Assembly (NCBI GenBank): GCA_013239625.1
Contig: MU054001.1
Span: 6,869,078 to 6,933,077, forward strand
Length of the DNA: 64,000 nt
Source: Lama guanicoe
Taxonomy: Eukaryota
Reading direction: 5' to 3'
Shown here piece after piece: positions 13,307-24,780 of this stretch. The notes below the pieces were generated by a model. That model searched no databases. It worked only from the letters and a program-made list of their open reading frames with translations, and was not told where the DNA came from. The translations under genes were made by a program, and so were the position numbers. The stretch's first letter is position 1. Every line of letters begins with the position of its first letter.

Positions 13307-14122
13307 CAGGCATACCTTGTTTAATTTCACCTCACTTTATAGAGCTTCACAGATAACTGCATTTTTTACAAGTTGAAGGTTTATGGCAAAACCGTATCAA
13401 ACAAGTCTTATGGTACCATTTTTCCAGTAGTATTTGCTTACTTCGTGTCTCTGTGTCACATTTTGGTAATTCTCGAAAAACTAGAAGTGTAGCTTGAGGA
13501 TGTGACAGAACTGCAACAATCTCATGATAAAACTTAACATATGAGGAGTTTCTTTTGTGGATGAGCAAAGAAAGTGGTTTCTTGAGATCTACTCCTGTAA
13601 AGATGCTGTGATGACTGTTGAAATGACAACAAAGGATTTAGAACATTACATAAATTTAGTTGATAAAGCAGAGGCAGGGTTTGAAAGGATTGAATCCAAT
13701 TTTGAAAGAAGTTCTATGGGTAAAATGCCATCAAACAGCATTGCATGCTACAGAGAAATCAATGATGAAATGAAGAGTCAGTTGATGTGGCAGACTTCAC
13801 TTTTGTCTTATTTTTAGAAATTGCCACAGCCACCAACCTTCAGCAACCACTACCCTGATCATTCAGCTGCCATCAACATCAATAGAATGACTGAAGTCTC
13901 AGATGATAGTTAGCATTTTTTAGCAATTAAGTATTTTTTATTTAAAGTATGTATTTTTTTATACATAATGCTATTGCACACAATAAAATACAGTATACTA
14001 TATAAACATAGCTTTATAAATATGCACTGGGAAACCAAAAAATTCATGACTTGCCTTTTTGTAATACTTACTTTATCGCCATAGTCTAGAACCAAACTTG
14101 CAATATTTCTGTGGTATGCCTG
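13307..14122 (+). mobile_element. Internally deleted Tigger1
   Basis: TA-CAGGCATACC...GGTATGCCTG-TA; transposase C-terminal remnant [10 protein letters not shown]...[17 protein letters not shown]. Confidence 0.9.
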
Positions 14123-16447
14123 TATATACAAACAGTAAACAGAACACAATGTTAGAGAAAAGCCCATTTATAATAACAAAATAGAAGATTAAATACTTAG
14201 AAATAAATTAAGAAGTTGCAAAGCCTCTACAAAGAAAATTTAAAACACTCCTGAAAGACACTAAAGCAGATTTAAGAAAATGGTAAGACATGAACATGTC
14301 AATCCTCCCTAAGTTAATTTATAAAATCAATGCAACCCTAGTAAAAATTCTAAGTTATTTTATTGAGTTAAATTTAAAGTTTTAAAGTTCATATGGAAAA
14401 ACAAACATGCAAAAATAGCCAAGAAAATTGCCAGTTGACTGTCATACAGGGTCTCAGGGAAATTAAATGGGGAAGAAAGTCTTTTCAACAAACAGTGTCA
14501 GTATACCATGCTGGATATCTACATATGAATGAAGTTGGGTTTCTCTCTCACAGCATACAGGAAAATGCAAAATAGATCATAAGCTTAAATGTAAGAGCTA
14601 ATAAAACTATAAAACTCTTCAAGTAAAACAAAGGACTGAATCTTTGTGACCTTAGTTTAGGTTAGGCTGTTTCTTACATATGATGCCAAAAGCATAAGTG
14701 ACAAAACAAAAATAAATTGGACTATATAAAAATTAGAAATTTTTTTGGGTGCAAATATTATCAAGAAAGTAAAAAAACAGCTCACAGAATGGGAAAGACT
14801 ATTTGCAAATCACATAACTGATGAAGGAGTTGTATCCAGAATATATAAAGACTCTTACACCTCAATAATAAAAAGAGAAATAACCCAGTTTTTAAAATGG
14901 GCATAGGATATGTGTAGAATTTGTCTAAAGAACATATATAAATGGTCAGTAAATACATGAAAAGATGTTTAACAGTATTATCCATTAGAGAAATGCAAAT
15001 CAAAATCATGAGATACTATTTCACATACTAAGATGGCAATAATAAAAAAGACAAGTCTTGGTGACTTTTTTCTTTTCACAAGTATTGGTGAGGAAGTGGA
15101 AAACTGAAACCTTCATACACTGCTGGTAGGATGTTAAATGGTAAGCCACTTTGAAAACAATCTGCTAGTTCCTCAAATGGTTAAACACAGAGTTACAGTG
15201 TGACCCAGCAGTTCTACTCTTAGGTATGTACCCAAGAGAATTGAAAACATAAGTCTACCACAAAAACTTGTACATGAATGTTACTAGCAGCATTATTCAT
15301 AATAGCTAAAATGTGGAAATAGTCCTGATGTCTGTCAACTGATGATAAACAAATGTATATCCATATAGTGAAATGTTATTTGATAGTAAAAAAAAAAAGG
15401 AAGTAATGATATATGCTACAACATGAATGACTTTTGAAAATGTACTATGTGAAAGAAGCCAGTCACAAAAGATCACATACTGTATGATTCCAATTAAAGG
15501 AAACATCCACATAGGCAAATTTATAGACAGAAAATAGATCAGTAGTTTAGAGCTAGGAAAGGGATAGGGGAGAATGGGGAATAGCTGTTAGTGCATACAG
15601 AGTTTCTCTTGTGGGAAGGGGAACAAAAAACATTCTAAAATTAGATTTACAACACTGTGAATATACTAAAACCATTGAATTGTACACTGAATTTATTATT
15701 ATTATTTTTTGTCCCATTTGTTTTCTTAAGCCTTCCCAATAATTCCATGCAATCTGGCCAACCATCTTCAGGATTAAATAGTCCTCTTTCAGGTAATTCT
15801 TACATCTTACAGTAAACAAAGGGCCTCTAAGATTAGTGCTGAGTGTACTAAGGTTTATTCTTTTTTTTGCCTTCCAGTTTTTTTTTCTCTTCCAGTTTTA
15901 TTGAGATATAATTTACATACAGCACTGTATAAATTTGTGTACAGCATAATGATTTGACTTATATGAGGAAATGATTACCATAATAAGATCCATTATCTCA
16001 CACAGATACAAAATAATTTTCTTTGTGATGAGAACTCTTAGGATTTATTCTCTTAACAACTTTCATATATAATATACAGCAGCGTTAATTGTATATACCT
16101 TGTACATTACATCCCTAGTACTTATTTATCTTTTAACTGGAAGTGTGTACTTTTTTTTTTTCAGTTCTCAAAAATTACTTTTTTAATTGAAGTACAGTCA
16201 GTTACAATGTGTCAGTTTCTGGTGTACAGCACAATGTTCCAGTCATGCATATACATACATATATTCGTTTTCATACTCTTTCTCATTAAAGGTGATTACA
16301 AGATGTTGAACATAGTTCCCTATGCTATACAGTGGCTAACATTTGTAAATCTCAAACTCCTAAAATTTATCCCTTCCCACCTGCTTCCCCCAGTAACCAA
16401 AAGATTGTTTACTATGTCTGCAGTCTGTTTCTGTTTTGTAGACGAAT

Positions 16448-16556
16448 AAAATATATGGAACGCTCCACGAAATTTGCGTGTAGTCCTTGTGCAGGGGCTA
16501 TACTAATCTTCTCTGTATTGTTCCAATTTTACTATATGTGCTGCCGAAGTGAGCAC
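16448..16556 (-). pseudogene. RNU6: U6 snRNA retrocopy (5' part of a U6/L1 chimera)
   Basis: Reverse complement reads GTGCTCACTTCGGCAGCACATATAGTAAAATTGGAACAATACAGAGAAGATTAG...; full-length U6 with several substitutions. Confidence 0.95.
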
Positions 16557-18629
16557 TGGAAATGTGTACCTTTTATGTACTTCATCCAGTTTGCCCTCCC
16601 CTACACCTGCCTCTGGTAACCACAGATACCAGTGTTTTAGATAATAAGAACTGGTTTTCTCATAAATAAGGAAAGGAGGAGGCTAAAATGAATTCTGAGT
16701 TGCACTGGAATCTGAGATATCACTCATGTGTGAGTTAGAATGCATACATATATTTATTTACTCTGTCCACTGAGAGGAGCTATAAGTGATGACACCCCAG
16801 CAGTAATGAACAAACCTAGCATCCAATTTTTTTTTCTAAGTATAATTCTCCAATAAAAGGAACCAGGGCTCTTTGGAGAACTGGTCGATTCCAGGACTGA
16901 GATGGGGTAAAGATGCCTGGAATATCTTGAGGTGTGCGATGACAAAATGCCTTTAAAAAAAAAAAAGAAAAAAGGAATACTGTTGAAAATGGGAGCCAGC
17001 CTGAAGGAGTCTTTAATGACCAAAGCTGGAACAATTTGAGCTAAAGAAATAAATGACACCATTGGATTATAATCCGTAGAATAGTAAAGTAAATACCTGT
17101 GAGTCCACACTGATATATAAATGAAAAATGGGGGGAAAGGGGCTAGTTCTTCCTTATAGTAGAATTTCAGTTAATAACTGTAGAAGGATTGCAGGAAATA
17201 GAAAATCAGCATTAGCTAAACAGTAATTATTGTATACAAGATCCACTGGTGGATAGTAAAATTAGTGAGTGAAAATTTGAGGAGAAATTAAAATTTTCCC
17301 ACAAAGGGAAAGACAGTAACTTTAAAGGGATGAAACCTGTCAAAATTTACCTTAATCAGTGATCAAGGTGAATATCACAGTAATAAAACATATTGACATC
17401 ATGAAATTCATGATATTATGCACTGAAAAGGATTCATCATTTCTTTGTATTCTTGCCAAAAATGCATAGACTTAGTCCAATCAACAGAAAACATCAGCCA
17501 AACCCAGATAATATACACTTGACAAAATGACCTATCAGTACTTTTCAAGAGTCAAGGTCATGAAAGGTAAGGGAAGACTGAGGCCCTGGCAGAGGCTGGA
17601 AGAGACTAAGGAGACATGACAACTAAATATAATGTGGGATTTTTTTTTTTTCTTTTCAAATGGCTTTTTCTTGCCTAATGCAATCTATTTCTGTGTATTC
17701 TCTTTGAACATTTAAGACACGATTTAAAATGTCTTATTTTAACTTAAAATAGTGTTTCATATCATTTTATTATTTGTATGTGGTTATGAGATATGAATTC
17801 TATTCATGTGTCCCTTCACCACTGTGGCTTTCAGGTCCACCCTCTACCCCCTACTTATGCACTTGAGACATTTCTCTCTTTTGCTTTCGGATTTAACTCT
17901 TAAAACAAATTGTGTTTTTGTTTGTATCTTAACCTAGCATGTTTGTTTGAAGTGGAAGAGGTGGCTTCTTACATCAGTTAAATCTATTATATTAATGGGA
18001 AAACTCTCCCCTAGTTCTATTTCATTTAGGAACAACGAGGGTAATTGCTTTCAGTATATTAGGGACTGAAATAAAGCTACTCACTTTCCTAATATTTATC
18101 TTATAGTTGCTATATATATATATTTTTTTGTAACAATATATTATGTATGGGTGAAATCAGATTTTTTTTCTGCTTTTGTAATAGAAGATTGTTGACTTAT
18201 TTGAAATAGCTTAATTTAGAATTTAAGTGAGGGCAACCACTAACCAACCCACTTTCCACTTCACCATCTTAGAATCATAGATGGGGAAAAGGGCAGATAA
18301 ATTGCTGTGGAGCAATGTGTACTTACAAGGGGCTGGAATGAAAGCTGCTGAAAAAGAAACCATCCTCCTTCACCTCAAGATTCACCCCATTGTCCAGATT
18401 TGAATTCTGCTAAATCACTCTCCCTTTAAAAAAACAAACAAACAACAACAACAAAAAACCTTTGGAGGGTTTAGGGAATATGTATATTATGGTTGTAGTT
18501 TTAAAAAAACACTAGGCAGTGGACTTACGCACCATTTAGAATACATGACTGTCACAGGGGGAAAATGCGAAATTAGACAATAGTTCTTTCACATCCCTAA
18601 AATATATTCTTTTTTATGCATCTATACAA

Positions 18630-18795
18630 AATTAAGTATGAAGCCAAGAGGAGTGAAATAAAGAGGTAAAAGAAGGTAAATTTGATAGTAAATAGGGATT
18701 TAGAAAACATAAAGAGGTTGTGAAGTAGCAGTCATTCAGATCATATGAGACGGGGAAGAGGAAGACCTAAAAATACTTTGGTCGGAAAACATACG
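18630..18795 (+). pseudogene. Decayed copy of C16orf87 exon 3
   Basis: Aligns by eye to 42875-43057 (KYEAKR..., [19 protein letters not shown]). Acceptor CATACAG has become TATACAA; CGA>TGA stop at 18721; indels; donor not recognisable. Confidence 0.88.
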
Positions 18796-19093
18796 TTGGG
18801 GGTGATGGACAGTCAGTCCATTATGGGGAAATCAACCCATTATGGGAGAATTTTTTTCAAAGCATTAAATTGATGTGAGATATTTGGTAGTACTGAGAAA
18901 TTATTTAGTGGGCATTGAGTTCCTGGATTTAAAAGTACTGCTCATATTTTAGTTCAAAAGCATTTCTTCCACATTAGATGCTTGTAAAATTACTGGAAGT
19001 TGTGTTCGTATTGGAAAGCCAGAAGACTTGAAAGTATCGTCCACCTGATGAAAACTGATGGTATAAGAGTACAGTGATAAAATTATGTATCCT

Positions 19094-20325
19094 CCAAATG
19101 AAATTGCTGATATTTGACCAGTTGAAACTTGACCATGATTGATACCAGGTCTAATTTTAGTTGTGTTTAGTATTTGCAATGATATTATGCTATTCAGTTT
19201 TCTCTGATTATTGAGTTTTTATTGTTTATTTTTTCCACAGAAGTGAACAATACCATATCTTTGAAAGATTTACGAATACTTTTTTTATATGAATTTAAAC
19301 TAGGACACAGTGCAGCCATGGCAAGTAGAAACATCAATTCTGTCTTTGGAGAAGGCTCTGTTAGTGAAAGGACTATCCGATGGTGGTTTGAAAAATTTCG
19401 TTCTGGGGATCTGAGTCTGAAAAATGAGCCTCGAGGGAGACCCAGATCGGTTTTAAATGAAGATCAGTTGAGAGCCATGGTAGAAGCTAATCCCAAAACA
19501 GCAATTCGAGGCCTTGCAGCAGACTTAGGAGTTTCTGCTACTACAATCTCTCGACACCTGGCTGCAATAGGAAAGGTGAAAAAATTGGACAAGTGGGTAG
19601 GTACGACACCTATTGATGGACAATAATAAACTCAGATGGTTAGAGATATGCTCATCTCTTAAGATTTGAAAGAGCAGAGACCTATTTTGGAGAGGAGCAT
19701 AAACTTTGATAAAAAATGAAATTGAAAGTCATCTGGACAATGGTTGGATATTGATGAAGTTCCTGAATATGTGTTAAAACTGTTATTGCAACCAAAAATA
19801 GGTTGTATGGTGGTCTGCAAAAAGAGTGTTTCATTACTGCTTTCTAACTTAGGTGAAACTAATAGTAGGTTCTTACTGTCAAAAAGTTGAAATTGTATCA
19901 AAAATTGATTTAAAAGCACTCTGTTTTGGTTAGCAGACTTTTCCATGACAGCATTTGACCACAGAAATCACATACCACCATATGGAAGTTAACTGAATTG
20001 GGTTAAGAAATTTTGCCACTTCCATCATACTCACCTGACTTTTTTTCAAGGGATTACCACCCTTTCTGTCATTTGGAACTCTTCCTAAGAAACAGAACTT
20101 GCTGCAATTGAAAACCAGTAATTGAAAGATTTGAATAAATTTTAGCAATGCTGAATTTTATAAATATGGTATATATCACTTAATATCTGGGGCAGTTTAT
20201 CATTTTGGGAAAGCAGTTAATGCTAACAGTGCCTACTTTGGTTGAATAAAGCTTTTCTTTTTCTCAAAAATAAAACATTTTCATTTGGCCTACAAAAAGG
20301 CAGTTTCATGCGGTTCAACTTGATA
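19094..20325 (+). mobile_element. Near full-length mariner (Tc1/mariner) DNA transposon with decayed catalytic domain
   Basis: Remnant motifs in correct order: NFDKK* (TCDEKW), GQWLD, VWWSA, FHDSI*P (LHDNARPH), LPSYSPDF..RDYH (HPPYSPDLSPTDYH), NSAYFG* at 20243-20245. Right TIR ...GGCAGTTTCATGCGGTTCAACTTGATA; partial left TIR CCAAATGAAATTGCT. Confidence 0.92.
19241..19626 (+). CDS. Mariner transposase DNA-binding-domain exon (two HTH motifs with GRPR linker); predicted last exon of a C16orf87-paralogue/transposase fusion
   Basis: ORF ...LRILFLYEFKLGHSAAMASRNINSVFGEGSVSERTIRWWFEKFRSGDLSLKNEPRGRPRS...TISRHLAAIGKVKKLDKWV resembles the Hsmar1/SETMAR N-terminal transposase region. Preceded by TTGTTTATTTTTTCCACAG; phase 1 matches the 11407 donor. 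Confidence 0.85.
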
Positions 20326-23300
20326 CCTTCCCCGACCCTGGCAGAACATGAAGACTCAAAAGTACCTAAGGTACTGGAAAACTACAAGGTGCTCCTCAGT
20401 TTTGGGCTTCGTCATTGGAGGAATGTGGAGCAACCTGGAGTGTATGTGTGTGTGAAAGATGCTTTGGAGTCAGGTATGCAAAGATCTGAGTAAAGTGGGT
20501 TCCAGAGAGATGAGCTGCCTCATCAGAGGCTCTCTGAAAATATTTTTTGACTGTAGAAATGAAAGCATGTTTCTAACACTAAAAGCCATGCACACGTGGC
20601 TCAGTAATGCTTTCGGATGATAATACTTATTCTGTCACACAGAGCCAGTCCTTTTTGTTAATATGTTTTGCATTCTGATTCTGTATTTAAAAAAAAGTGT
20701 AGATAGCCTGTGAGAGGTCATAATTAATGGCCTCTTTATGATTTTGTAGCTGGATTGCAGTTACTCTTTGTGGCATCTAGGAATTGAGTTGGGATAAAGA
20801 TACTGGGATGGTCCTCTTCCTGCCTCTTTCCTTCCTGACAACCTGCTTTGTCTAATCCATGAAGGAGAGGAGAGTTAAAGAATCTTGAAAGATAAGGTGT
20901 GAGAGAAGGACATTCTGGAATGGATCCTACCAGGAGGGGGAGAGAGACAGAAAGAGAGGGATGGAGGGAAATGGAGGGGAGAGAAGGAATGGAAATTCCC
21001 TAAAGTAGAACTGACTATGAACTCAAGGATTAAGGGCCCTTTACTGCAAAAAACAAACAAAAAAACCCTACACATTGTCCCTTCCTTCGGGTAGATGCAG
21101 CCCTACACTATGACACAAGGCTTGGTGAGCAGAGCATGGGATACTTTCTGTCCTAATTTACTCCCTTGGCTGGATGCCCAGGTCTGGGGTCACCTGTTCT
21201 CTTTACTACTCTGTCTTTGGGTTTGTCAGGATATCTACTGTGTTTCTGTGGACTCTTGCTTACTCTCTGGAGAGTGAAGCTTCTGATTTAGTGCAGACTG
21301 AGAGGGTAACAGGGCTAAGACCAGAAGTGTGAGGAGGACTTAATTTCAAAGGCAGCACAAGGGTGAGGCTAAATGGTAACAGGGTGGGAAAGTTGTGTTT
21401 TATAGTTACTTAGTCTGGGTGGTAGTTGTGCTATGGTCCATGCGTCCTTCCCTCCATTCTCAGACCTCTTATCAGGCTCACAGAGCTGGATGCTGAATTT
21501 TGGCCTAAAACAATCAGTGGATATCCTTGTCCAGCCCAAATGAGTGGTTCTGGGATGAACAGGAAATCCAAACAGAAGCAGTGAAGCATGATGTAACAGG
21601 AAAAGGAGCAGACATAGGATGGTGAGTTATCTTAGCAGTCTTCCCTACTACCTCCAATAAAGGGTATAGACCCGAGAGACAGAAATGGGCCCGGTGGTTC
21701 TTGTGAGCCCATGGATCCAGTTGTGCCTGAGACTGGTACTGCTATTAGTGTTTTTTAGTTATATGAGTCAGTAACCCTTTTTGCTTAAGCCATTTTAAGT
21801 TGGATTTTTCCATTCTGGCAAAAGAAAGATTCCTGACTGGTAACGCTCCCTGAGTCTTTCTTTATTTAACTGTAACCTTTGCAGGGTTTGGGGAGGAGGA
21901 GGGACAGTTAATTTAAAGTAGATATCCAATAAATAGTACTTAATACTGTGAGAGTAAAAAACAAAGGAGGTGTAAAGCAAGGTGTGGAACACCCCTGGAG
22001 GCCCCTCTGTGTCCAAGGCAGTCCAGTGGGCTGAGTTCAGTGCTTCCAGTAAAGACCGGTACCTGTCTTGGACTGTCCAGAGGTTCCCAGCTGTAAAGGA
22101 GGGCTGGCCCCCTTGAGCCACTTGGAGCCTGTGGTTTTTCTGCAGTGGGTGTTCCCTGACCCAGTGTGTTATTGACCTCACAGGAAGTAAAGAAAAGCTC
22201 TTTTTCAGGACAAAGATCAGGCTTTTCATCTTCTTTGTCTTTATCTTTGGCGATTATTTGTACCTTTAATTGAAATCATAGACTATTCCTTTTTGGAAAT
22301 ACGGAGTGTAATGTTGTGAACAGAATCAACACAAAATGACTATGACTGCATTTTCATCATTGTGATCATCTCTCCATTGCCTTGGAAAAGCAGGAACTAC
22401 AGATTTAAACTTATAACTCTTTAATTTAGGAGGTACATTGTTTTCAAAAGAAATGAGAAGTTTTATACACACTAAGAATCCCAATGCTCTTGCTCTCCTT
22501 TTCCAGAAAAGAAAGAAAAGCTTTAAAAGGCACCTTGGTAGAAACTGTGATTTGTTTGAGTGTCAAAGTTGTGGAGACAGAGGCTGCTAGATCTCACCCC
22601 ACCCTACCCTACCCCTGAGCTTGGGTTGTAATTACAAAAGGGAATAAAAATGGCTTTGAGTGGCCATTTTGGTTTCTCCAGTACATAATACCTGTTATTA
22701 AAGAAGTTCCTGCCTGGTCTAATTGCTTATTATGAGACTAGAACACCTACAGCCAATTTAACAGCACACATGAAGGATCTTGAGCAATGTTAGAAATAGT
22801 ATCGAAAGCTAGTGGAAAGTGGTCTCTTCCAGCACCAATCCTCAGTATGGTGGATTCTCTCTTCCTCTTTCTGTTGGTGCTTCCTCTTTCTGTTGGTGCT
22901 TCAGCCACAATAGCCTTTCGCTTCCTTCTACCTCAGCTCATTTGCCCATGCTGTTGTTTCTGGCTGAGTAGTTGATATTCCTCCTTACCTCATTAACTCT
23001 ACCCATCATGCATATTTCCTTTAGGAATTCTTCCCTGGTTGGCCCACCCCCACCTCACCCAGGTCAGATCCCCTAGTCAGGGGCCTTAGAGCTCCAGGAT
23101 GGTACTTCATAATTGTGAGCATAGTAGTTATATATTTATTTGTGTAATGGTGTGTGTTTGTATGAGATTCACAACAGCAGGAACTTTGTTTTGCTCACAA
23201 GATGGTATCCCCATCAAGAGCACAAGATCCAGCACATATTAAATGAATAAGTGTCAGGGACAGTTTCATCTATTTTGTAGAAAACCCTTGTTTTGGTATT

Positions 23301-24349
23301 AGCTTAAGTAAGGAATATGGTTGACAGCAAATAATTGAAAACCTAATGAACAGTAGTTTAAAAAGTAGGTTTAGTTTCCTATAATTTATGAAAATATTCC
23401 AACATACAAAACATTTGAATTTTACAGTGGACATCTGTATGCCAGCTGCCTAGATTGTACTGTTGACATTTTACTGTACTATACTTGCTTTATCACTTAT
23501 CTACCCATGCAGCCATTTTTTAAAAATGTATTTCAACATAAGTTTCAGGCTTCAGCACATTTCATCCTAAATACTTCAGCATACATATTACCTAGAGTTC
23601 AGATTTGTTTAAGATTCTTGTTGAGGTAAAATTTAAATCAATAAAGTGTGCAAATCTTAGAAGTGTACTTTTCAATACATTTTGACATGTAAATACTTGT
23701 GTATCACAAACCCCTATTAAGAGGCACACTATTACTATCAGCCCAGAAAGTTCCTTCATAACCCTTTTCGTTTTATCCCTGCCCTTAGCCCCCAAGAGAC
23801 AAACACTGCTCTGATTTTTTTTTTTTTACCATGGAATAGTTTTGCATGTTCTAGAACTGTATATAAGTGGAATTACAGTATGTGCTCTTTTGTGTAAGCC
23901 TTCCTTTACAAAACATACTGTTTTTGAAATTTATCCATTTTGTTGTATGTGTCACTTTGTTCCTTTTAAAAGCTGATTCATATTCCATTAAATGAATATA
24001 CCACAGTTTGTTTATCTCTTTTCGTATTTGATAGATGTTTGTGTGTGTTTTTTTCCCAGTTGGGTCTATTATGAATAAAGCTGTTATGAATACTCTTGTT
24101 CAAATCTTTTTGTGGACATATATTTTCACTTCTTCTGGATAAATACTTAAGATTGGAAATACGGGTCATAGGCTATGTGTTTAGTTATTCCTAGACCTTT
24201 CCCCAAAGTGATTACACCATTACTTTCCTCTTTCACATTATAGGGAATCTAGAGAGGCATGTCACAACTGGGATGAGTGACCTACACACTTTCTAGTTTT
24301 CTTTTCATCCTTCTCAGTGGATTGATGGTAATTCCACGTATGACACCTA

Positions 24350-24780
24350 GGGTAGGCAGTCTTTAAGATGGCTCCCAATGATCTCTGTCTTGTGGTTTTC
24401 TTACCCTTCTGTAATTTCTCCTCTCATTGAGTGTGGGCTGGACTTAGTGACTTGCTTCTAATAGAATACAGCAGAAGTGATGGGATGCCACTTCTGAGTT
24501 ATAAAAACAATATGGCTTCTGTTATGCATATTCTCTCATTCTTCCTTGGATCACTCATTCTAGGGAAGGCCAGCTGCTGTGTTTTGAGGCAGGTCTGTGA
24601 AGAGCCCATGCGATGAGGGACTAAGGCCTACCAAAAATCAAGCGAAGTGAGCTTAGAAGTGGATTTCCCCCTAGTTGAGTATTCAGATGAGATTGCAGAA
24701 CCACACGTGCATTACTGACTCACAGAAACTGAGATAATGTTTGAGGTGATTTGTTATGTCACAATAGATAACTACAACAC
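24350..24780 (+). mobile_element. MLT1-family MaLR LTR
   Basis: AAGATGGCTCCCAATGATC...TTGAGTGTGGGCTGGACTTAGTGACTTGCTTCTAA...AATAGATAACT motifs. Confidence 0.75.

Larger units (their letters stand above)
12240..15690 (+). mobile_element. Fragmented sense L1 (ORF2 and 3' UTR)
   Basis: [27 protein letters not shown] is the L1 RT motif. Confidence 0.85.

Noticed and set aside
13557..13817. Tigger1 ORFs (also 50726-51019 and 54267-54449) as domesticated genes
   Set aside because: Short fragments within deleted or frameshifted elements, with no splice context linking them to host exons.
16448..16556. Functional U6 gene
   Set aside because: Multiple substitutions, fusion to L1, a TSD and no evident upstream snRNA promoter.
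18818..18850. Short direct repeat CCATTATGGG x2 after the dead exon
   Set aside because: Probably a local micro-duplication; no evidence of function.
19222..19626. Calling this ORF SETMAR or an active transposase
   Set aside because: No SET domain nearby, the listed start is a TTG inside a polypyrimidine tract, and the catalytic domain is disrupted.
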